Shown piece by piece: positions 8,301 to 13,239 of a stretch of DNA of 13,239 nt; position 1 is the first letter of the stretch, and every line of letters begins with the position of its first letter. The position numbers and the translations under genes were made by a program. The notes under the pieces were generated by a model. The model was not told where the DNA came from and searched no databases. It worked only from the letters and a program-made list of their open reading frames with translations. Source of the DNA: Candidatus Eiseniibacteriota bacterium (GTDB lineage Bacteria > ARS69); contig JBQTGV010000109.1 of NCBI GenBank assembly GCA_052390515.1, positions 1 through 13,239 on the forward strand. Direction: 5' to 3'.

Positions 8301-8966
8301 CAGTACGAGCGCGAGGAGAAGCGCTACGAGTTCTTGAAGACCCAGCGCGACGATCTGGAGGAGGCGCGGGAGAAGCTGCACCGTACGATCCGCAAGATCA
8401 ACCGCACCGCGCGGACCCTGTTCATGGACACGCTCACCGCCGTGCAGGGCAACTTCCAGCGCACCTTCGGCACGCTCTTCGAGGGCGGCCACGCCGATAT
8501 CCGGCTCGTCGGCGACGAGGACCCGCTGCACGCGCCCATCGAGGTGTTCGCCAGGCCGCGAGGCAAGCGGCTCAACAGCATCTCGCTGATGTCCAGCGGC
8601 GAGCGGGCGCTGACCGCGGTGGCCTTCCTGTTCGCCATCTACCTGGTCAAGCCGAGTCCCTTCTGCATCCTCGACGAAGTCGACGCGCCGCTCGACGACG
8701 CCAACATCGGGCGCTTCTTGGCCATGCTCCGCGAGGTCTCCAAGAAGACGCAGTTCGTCATGATCACGCACAACAAGAAGACCATGGAGGTCGCCGACTA
8801 TCTGTACGGCGTCACCATGCAGGAGCCGGGCGTGTCGCAGCTCGTCTCCGTGCGGCTCGGGCGGGAAAGGGGCGATGGTCGCGTCGAGGAGACCGCCGAG
8901 GCCGACGAGGTGCCCGAGGAAGAGGACGCAGCGGAGGGGGAGCTCGTCGCGGAGGGCAGCGCTTGA
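5304..8966 (+). CDS. smc: Chromosome segregation protein SMC, 1220 aa
   Basis: True start is ATG 5304 (SD GGAGGA at 5295-5300; ATGA overlap), not 4413. LELFGFKSF, Walker A GPNGCGKTN, LRGAKMEDLIFNG, FMDTGLG, EEAAGI, long coiled coils, central hinge (NGDWAEHPGIVRGG), GAVNLVA, Walker B/D-loop CILDEVDAPLDDAN, H-loop ITH, YGVTMQEPGVS. Confidence 0.98.
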   Translation: MNLRKLELFGFKSFMRKLDIHFSDGITVIVGPNGCGKTNVTDAVRWVLGESNARTLRGAKMEDLIFNGTADYKPLNVAEVELTVDNSSGILPIDYSEVTVTRRIYREGEPEFLINKVPARMRDVHDLFMDTGLGSRAYSVIEREMVEMVLADQPEKRRELIEEAAGIHKYKIRERQARRKLESTDADLHRISDVLREVERQVRSLKRQVGAAQRFQEIRDRQRELEVALAWVDLEEMDGRTASLREALAENETERLGAGSRIAAVEAELEALRVRMTEAEHRLADQQREVDRLADDARAAESEVLVRRERRDALAESARRLAREREELGERLTEGAQRGERLAAAHAESTALLAGVEGRLHVEEESLGRLDSDLASRRAGLARAREMVEAASQDVGRLRTELANVEARAAHLADRRTALEAETRELAARLAGRERGLAEAAERIRGLRSGLEQCERELESAGAERDALDSRRDSAREEDARLAVEVESARSGLEMLSALQSAYEGYGQGARALLLRGGPYSPLADLVKPAREDLLPALEAALEGAVEFVVARDSSAVSDAVRWLRSGEGRATILDATGFRGDGAKNAPAAVTADAAVLGPVRAFLHAEGELGAVLDHLTAGMFVVESLEDAVRLARRADSRGLRFVARNGDWAEHPGIVRGGTPAASGESRLLGRAARVAELGARVAEAEERRQAARRRAQAFSVERESLAARMEELRAAASAARETLLAEERIAERLRAETAAGEGRRDAVRLELGEVATSLEDLAREKRARLSALDEAEAGRLRLEEEWKRRENEIVDSSAMREHAQAACHELRLEAQRLRGELEKIGLDGQRLEESRQTVEQGLARRAAEAADNERTAVELGREIELGEAEVARRVQVLAERKAVRDRAADERGGILEQLRTVDEERARWSRLRDQSQELSHRNEMELSRLESARHELVGRVEREFGARLSLPDAREAHGTLAGADPDVLEAARRELEELRRTVDRMGAVNLVALEQYEREEKRYEFLKTQRDDLEEAREKLHRTIRKINRTARTLFMDTLTAVQGNFQRTFGTLFEGGHADIRLVGDEDPLHAPIEVFARPRGKRLNSISLMSSGERALTAVAFLFAIYLVKPSPFCILDEVDAPLDDANIGRFLAMLREVSKKTQFVMITHNKKTMEVADYLYGVTMQEPGVSQLVSVRLGRERGDGRVEETAEADEVPEEEDAAEGELVAEGSA

Positions 8967-9898
8967 TCCGGAGCATCGGCCGCGGCCTCGACAAGCTCCG
9001 TGACGGCCTTCGCCGAACGCGCACGCAGCTCGAGAGCGGCATCCGCGCGATCGTGCAGGGTCGCGCGTCGATCGACGACAACATGTGGGAGGAGATCGAG
9101 GAGCTGCTCCTGGCGAGCGACGTGGGCGCTCCGGCGGCGGAGGAGATCGTCGCCGACCTGCGCCGCGCAGCCGGACGTTGGACCCGGCCGGACGCGGACG
9201 GGCTGTTCGAGGCGCTGCGCGAATCGCTGGCTGCGCGACTCACCAGCGGGGCCGGCCTCTCCCTGGACGGTGGCGAGGGCCCGGCGGTCGTCCTCGTCGT
9301 GGGCGTCAACGGCGCGGGCAAGACCACGACCATCGCGAAGCTGGCCGCGCGTATCAAGGGCACGGGCAAGAAGGTGGTCCTGGCGGCCGCCGACACCTAC
9401 CGCATGGCCGCGGTCGAGCAGCTCGCGGAGTGGGCGGCCCGCGTCGACGTCCCTGTGGTGCGCGGGCGCGAGGGGGCGGACGCGGCAGCGGTGGCGTTCG
9501 ACGGGCTCGAATCCGCCCTCGCGCGGCGCGCGGACGTCCTCCTGGTCGACACTGCCGGGCGGCTGCACACCAAGAGCAACCTGATGGAGGAGCTCGCCAA
9601 GGTGCGCAGGGTGCTGGAGAAGCGGCTCCCGGGCGCCCCCCACGAGGTCCTGCTGGTCCTCGACGCGACGACCGGTCAGAATGCCGTGCAGCAGGCGAAG
9701 GCGTTCGCCGGCATGGGAGTGACCGGCATCGTCCTGGCCAAGCTCGACGGGACCGCGCGCGGCGGCGTCGTGCTCGCCATCCGCCGGGAGCTCGACGTGC
9801 CGGTCAAGCTCGTCGGCATCGGCGAGCAGGTCGAGGACCTCGCCGACTTCGATCCGGTGGCCTTCGCCCGCGCGCTCGTCCCCGAGCCGGCTCCCTGA
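8963..9898 (+). CDS. ftsY: Signal recognition particle receptor FtsY (NG domain only), 311 aa
   Basis: TTG start at 8963 overlaps the smc TGA (TTGA), with SD GGAGG at 8951-8955. KLRDGLRRTR membrane-targeting helix, EIEELLLASDVG, G1 GVNGAGKTTTIAKLA, DTYR, DTAGRLH, LDATTGQNA, KLDGTARGG, GIGEQVEDL. smc-ftsY adjacency is a known gene order. Confidence 0.97.
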   Translation: MIRSIGRGLDKLRDGLRRTRTQLESGIRAIVQGRASIDDNMWEEIEELLLASDVGAPAAEEIVADLRRAAGRWTRPDADGLFEALRESLAARLTSGAGLSLDGGEGPAVVLVVGVNGAGKTTTIAKLAARIKGTGKKVVLAAADTYRMAAVEQLAEWAARVDVPVVRGREGADAAAVAFDGLESALARRADVLLVDTAGRLHTKSNLMEELAKVRRVLEKRLPGAPHEVLLVLDATTGQNAVQQAKAFAGMGVTGIVLAKLDGTARGGVVLAIRRELDVPVKLVGIGEQVEDLADFDPVAFARALVPEPAP

Positions 9899-9908
9899 AG
9901 GAGACGTA

Positions 9909-11612
9909 GTGCACGCATCGTCCTCCGGCCCTTCGCGGCCGCTGGATCAGGTCGCGCACCTGTTCCGCATCAGCGCGCAGCTGCTCGTCGCGACGGATCT
10001 GGACGAGCAGCTCCGGCTGGTAGCGCACGGCATCGTCGCGGCCTGCAACTACCGCCGCTGCGTCATCACGCTGTTCGATGACCACTGGCAGGTCTGGAAG
10101 CGCGCCCACGCCGGCCTGAGCCCGGCGGAAGCGGATGCCCTGGAGAGGACGCCGGCGCTGGACGCGGAGGTCCGCCGGCGGGTCCTGGACGAGCGCTACC
10201 GCATCGGCAACTCGTACTTCATTCCGCACGATTCGGCGATGGGAGCCCAGCTCTCGGACGTCGGCGTCTCCACCAGCCGCACGCGCGACGAGTTCGTCGA
10301 CTGGCATCCCGAGGACTTCCTGTTCGTTCCGCTGCGCGGCAAGGAAGGGAAGCTGCTGGGGACGATCTCCGTGGACGATCCGCTGGACGGCCGCAGGCCG
10401 ACCGCGGACAGCCTGTCGATCCTGGAGCTCTTCGCCCGCGAAGCCGCGTTCGTCATCGAGCAGAGCCTCCTGCTGCGCGAGCTGTCGCGGGCGGAGGGGT
10501 ACCTCGACAACGTGGTGACGAACTCCGCCGACGCCATCGTGACGACGGACACCGACGGCAAGATCATCATCTTCAACGAGGGCGCCCAGAAGATGCTGGG
10601 CTGGCTGCCGGAGGAGGTGGTGGGGAAGAGCGTCGTCCTGCTCTACGGATCGGAGAAGGACGCACGGCAGAACATGAGGCAGCTCATGACGCCGGGCGAG
10701 CACGAGCCCGGGCGCCTCGTCGGTCACGAGACCGCTCTCGTGTCCAAGAGCGGGGAGCGCATCCCGGTGTCCCTCTCCGCGTCGGCGCTGTACGACGCAG
10801 CGGGAGAGTTCCTCGGTACGGTGGGCATCTCCCGGGACCTTCGGCCCTGGAAGCGGCTGGAGAAGGAGCTCGTGCAGGCGGAGAAGGCGGCGACGGTCGC
10901 GGAGGTGGCCGCGACGCTGTGTCACGAGATCAACAACTTCCTCGAGGAGATCCTGTCCGCCGGCCAGGTCTCGTTGCTGACGCTCGATCTCGAGGAGGTC
11001 CGGCGCATGTACGAGTCCGCCGGCAAGACCGCCGAGCTGGACAAGGAGGTCGAGCGGCTTCAGGTGATCTCCCGCGAGGCGCTCAAGATCGCCTCGCTCA
11101 CGAGCCGGCTGCAGACCATGGCGGACCGCGGCGGGGGCTACGCCACGACCGAGTACGTCGGGGACATCCGCATGGCGGAGCTGCCCTCCAAGTCCCGGCC
11201 CGGAGCGGGCGGCAGGATCCTGGTGGCCGATGACCGCGAGTACATCCGCGAATTCCTCAAGGACTTCCTGGTGCTCGAGGGATTCCAGGTCGACACCGCC
11301 TCCGACGGTCGCGAGGCGCTGACCAAGGCGGAGGGCGAGCACTACGATCTCGTGCTCTCCGACATCAAGATGCCGCATCTGAACGGCTACGAAGTCTTCG
11401 CCGGGGTGCGCCGCGCCGATCCGAGGACGAAGGTCATTCTCATGACCGCGTACGGCTACGACCCGTCGCACTCCATCGTGAAGGCGTCGGGCGAAGGGCT
11501 CTCCGCGGTGCTGTACAAACCGTTCCACATGGCTCGCGTGCGGGACGCCATCCTGAAGGCGCTCGGCCGGAACGGCGGGAACGGGGAGGTGCGCGGCGGG
11601 AGCGTCGGGTGA
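9909..11612 (+). CDS. GAF-PAS-DHp(HisKA-like)-receiver signalling protein lacking HATPase_c, 567 aa
   Basis: SD AAGGAG at 9898-9903, GTG start. GAF-like region (LFVPLRGKEGKLLGTISVDDP), PAS/PAC (NSADAIVTTDTDGKIIIFNEGAQKMLGW...VGISRD), H-box ATLCHEINN (His 10923-10925), receiver ILVADD...LSDIKMP..NG...MTAYG...KPF (Asp 11361-11363). Confidence 0.88.
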   Translation: MHASSSGPSRPLDQVAHLFRISAQLLVATDLDEQLRLVAHGIVAACNYRRCVITLFDDHWQVWKRAHAGLSPAEADALERTPALDAEVRRRVLDERYRIGNSYFIPHDSAMGAQLSDVGVSTSRTRDEFVDWHPEDFLFVPLRGKEGKLLGTISVDDPLDGRRPTADSLSILELFAREAAFVIEQSLLLRELSRAEGYLDNVVTNSADAIVTTDTDGKIIIFNEGAQKMLGWLPEEVVGKSVVLLYGSEKDARQNMRQLMTPGEHEPGRLVGHETALVSKSGERIPVSLSASALYDAAGEFLGTVGISRDLRPWKRLEKELVQAEKAATVAEVAATLCHEINNFLEEILSAGQVSLLTLDLEEVRRMYESAGKTAELDKEVERLQVISREALKIASLTSRLQTMADRGGGYATTEYVGDIRMAELPSKSRPGAGGRILVADDREYIREFLKDFLVLEGFQVDTASDGREALTKAEGEHYDLVLSDIKMPHLNGYEVFAGVRRADPRTKVILMTAYGYDPSHSIVKASGEGLSAVLYKPFHMARVRDAILKALGRNGGNGEVRGGSVG

Positions 11613-13237
11613 CCGGAAGGCGGCCGGTCGCGCAGCGCCTCGCCATCCGCTTCCGCACGGAGATCGCCTTCGCGGCGCTCGTCGTCGTCCTCTTCGCCGG
11701 ATACCTGTTCTCCGACGACCTGCTCTACGGCAGCGACTCGATCCCGTCGGGGCTCGCCTTCCGCGGCTTGCTGGTCGACTTCGCCAAGGAGTTCCGGGAG
11801 CTGCCGCGCTGGAACCCCTACATCCTCGGCGGCCTTCCCTTCCTGGATGCGACTCACGGCGACACGTTCTTCCCGTCGTCCGTGCTGCAGTTCCTTCTCC
11901 CCGTGTACCGCGCGCTCGGACACAAGCTCGTGCTGCACGTGTTCCTCGCCGGCGTCTTCATGGCGTTCTACCTGCGCTCGCTGCGCCTCGGGGAGGCGGC
12001 GACCGCGGTCGGCGCGCTCTGCTACATGCTGTCGCCGGTGCTGGTGAGCTACATGTTCGCCGGCCAGGACGGCAAGATGTACGTGATGAGCATGGCGCCG
12101 CTCGTGCTGGGAATCCTGGAGCGCGCGCTGCGCTCCGGTTCGGTGCGCACGTTCCTCGGGCTGGGAGTGGTGATCGGGCTGCTCATCCTGTCCGCGCAGA
12201 TCCAGATGGCCTACCACTGCCTGTGGTTCGTGGCTGCGCTCTTCGTGCTTCGGCTGTGGCGCGGCCCGGCCACCGGCGAACCCGCACCGCCCCGCGCCAG
12301 GAGCGCCGGTCTCTTCGCCCTGGCCGTGGTGGTCGGTGTCCTCCTCGCGTCCATCCAGCTCTTCCCTGCGGTGGCGTACGTGAAGCACCCCGCGGCCTTC
12401 TCAGTCCGCTCGGAGAAGACGGATTACGAGCACGCCTCGTCGTGGTCGCTGCATCCCGAGGAAGTGGGGGCGATGGTCGTGCCGGACTTCTGCAACGCGC
12501 CGATTCCGTCGGGCTACTGGGGCCGGAACGCCTTCAAGTACAACTCGGACTACGTCGGCATCCTCACGTTGTTCCTCGCCGGCCTGGCCCTCGCGCGGCG
12601 ACGCGACGCGACGCGGTGGTTCCTGGCCGGGCTCGGCGCCTTCGCCGTGCTGTATTCCCTCGGGGGGCACACCCCGTTGCACCGGCTCTTCTACGCGGTC
12701 GTGCCGCAGGTGAAGCTGTTCCGTGCACCGCCGCTGGTCATGTTCGGGGTGGCCTTCGCGGCGAGCGCCCTGGCGGCGCACGCGGTGCACGACTTCGAGC
12801 AACAGACGCGGGCGAAGGACGCGCGGCGCCTGGCGTCCCGCGTGCTCGGCGTGGGGTTGGCGGCAGCCGCGGTCATCGCGCTCGTGGGGCTGGCCGGCGG
12901 CGGCTTCGTCGCGTTCTGGACGGATCTCTTCCGGCCGGAGCTCGACGAGGCGAAGGTGCAGGCGCAGGCGGCGAACGTGCCGGCGTTCCGCAGCGGGGCG
13001 CTCTTCGTGGCCGGCGTGCTGGCGGCAGGCGGTGCGCTGGTGAGCGGACGCCTGCGCGGGGCGGTCTCGTCGCGCGTCCTGCTGGGCGGGCTCGTGCTGC
13101 TCACCGTCGTGGACCTGTGGCGGGTGGACCTGTGGTTCATCCGCGTCGTCGAGCCGGACCGGTGGATCCATCCCGCCGGGATCGTCGCCGATCTCGCAGC
13201 GGAGTCCGAGCGCGAGAAGTTCCGCGTCGCGCCCATC
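11609..13237 (+). CDS. 3'-partial YfhO-family polytopic membrane protein (GT-C-like glycosyltransferase)
   Basis: Absent from the ORF track because it has no stop in the window. GTG 11609 overlaps the upstream TGA (GTGA). Manual translation: MTGRRPVAQRLAIRFRTEIAFAALVVVLFAGYLFSDDLLYGSD...ELPRWNPYILGGLPF...HVFLAGVFM...AGQDGK...QIQMAYH...SWSLHPEE...YWGRNAF...YVG...KLFRAP, with many hydrophobic helices. PxWNPY..GG.PF is characteristic of YfhO-like proteins. Confidence 0.8.
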   Translation, partial: MTGRRPVAQRLAIRFRTEIAFAALVVVLFAGYLFSDDLLYGSDSIPSGLAFRGLLVDFAKEFRELPRWNPYILGGLPFLDATHGDTFFPSSVLQFLLPVYRALGHKLVLHVFLAGVFMAFYLRSLRLGEAATAVGALCYMLSPVLVSYMFAGQDGKMYVMSMAPLVLGILERALRSGSVRTFLGLGVVIGLLILSAQIQMAYHCLWFVAALFVLRLWRGPATGEPAPPRARSAGLFALAVVVGVLLASIQLFPAVAYVKHPAAFSVRSEKTDYEHASSWSLHPEEVGAMVVPDFCNAPIPSGYWGRNAFKYNSDYVGILTLFLAGLALARRRDATRWFLAGLGAFAVLYSLGGHTPLHRLFYAVVPQVKLFRAPPLVMFGVAFAASALAAHAVHDFEQQTRAKDARRLASRVLGVGLAAAAVIALVGLAGGGFVAFWTDLFRPELDEAKVQAQAANVPAFRSGALFVAGVLAAGGALVSGRLRGAVSSRVLLGGLVLLTVVDLWRVDLWFIRVVEPDRWIHPAGIVADLAAESEREKFRVAPI

Positions 13238-13239
13238 GC

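Noticed and set aside
5169-8771. 1200-aa minus-strand ORF, plus other long antisense or alternate-frame ORFs (1039..3039, 2372..3649, 9804..11528, 11456..12388, 12401..13171)
   Set aside because: Shadow ORFs of high-GC codon usage opposite well-supported genes, with no recognisable motifs.
7673-8962. Apparent long N-terminal extension of FtsY, or an SMC-FtsY frameshift fusion
   Set aside because: Off-frame read of smc. The SD and TTG at 8951-8965 explain initiation, and the GGGAAAG near 8863 is not phased as a -1 slippery site in the smc frame.
11521-11536. parS-like half site CGTTCCACATGGCTCG
   Set aside because: Only the left half resembles TGTTNCACGTGAAACA. It is not palindromic and is explained by the KPFHM coding sequence.

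Overview
High-GC bacterial chromosomal window with eight genes, all on the + strand and almost all translationally coupled by 1-4 nt stop/start overlaps. In order: (1) a 5'-truncated class-I periplasmic-binding-fold protein (LppC/LpoA- or LivJ-like); (2) a second class-I periplasmic-binding-fold protein; (3) selA; (4) an unusual protein made of a degenerate Wzc/CapB-type tyrosine-kinase (BY-kinase) domain, one TM helix, a Pro/Ala linker and a SPOR domain; (5) smc; (6) ftsY; (7) a GAF-PAS-DHp(His)-receiver protein with no ATP-binding kinase domain; (8) a 3'-truncated YfhO-like polytopic membrane protein that the ORF track misses. The only sizeable non-coding gap (2353-2434) holds a sigma70-like promoter and competing hairpins ahead of selA. 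I saw no RNA genes, mobile elements or CRISPR arrays. The best candidate for something new is the BY-pseudokinase-TM-SPOR fusion coupled to smc, a possible link between septal peptidoglycan and chromosome organisation. All family calls come from motif recognition by eye, not database searches.
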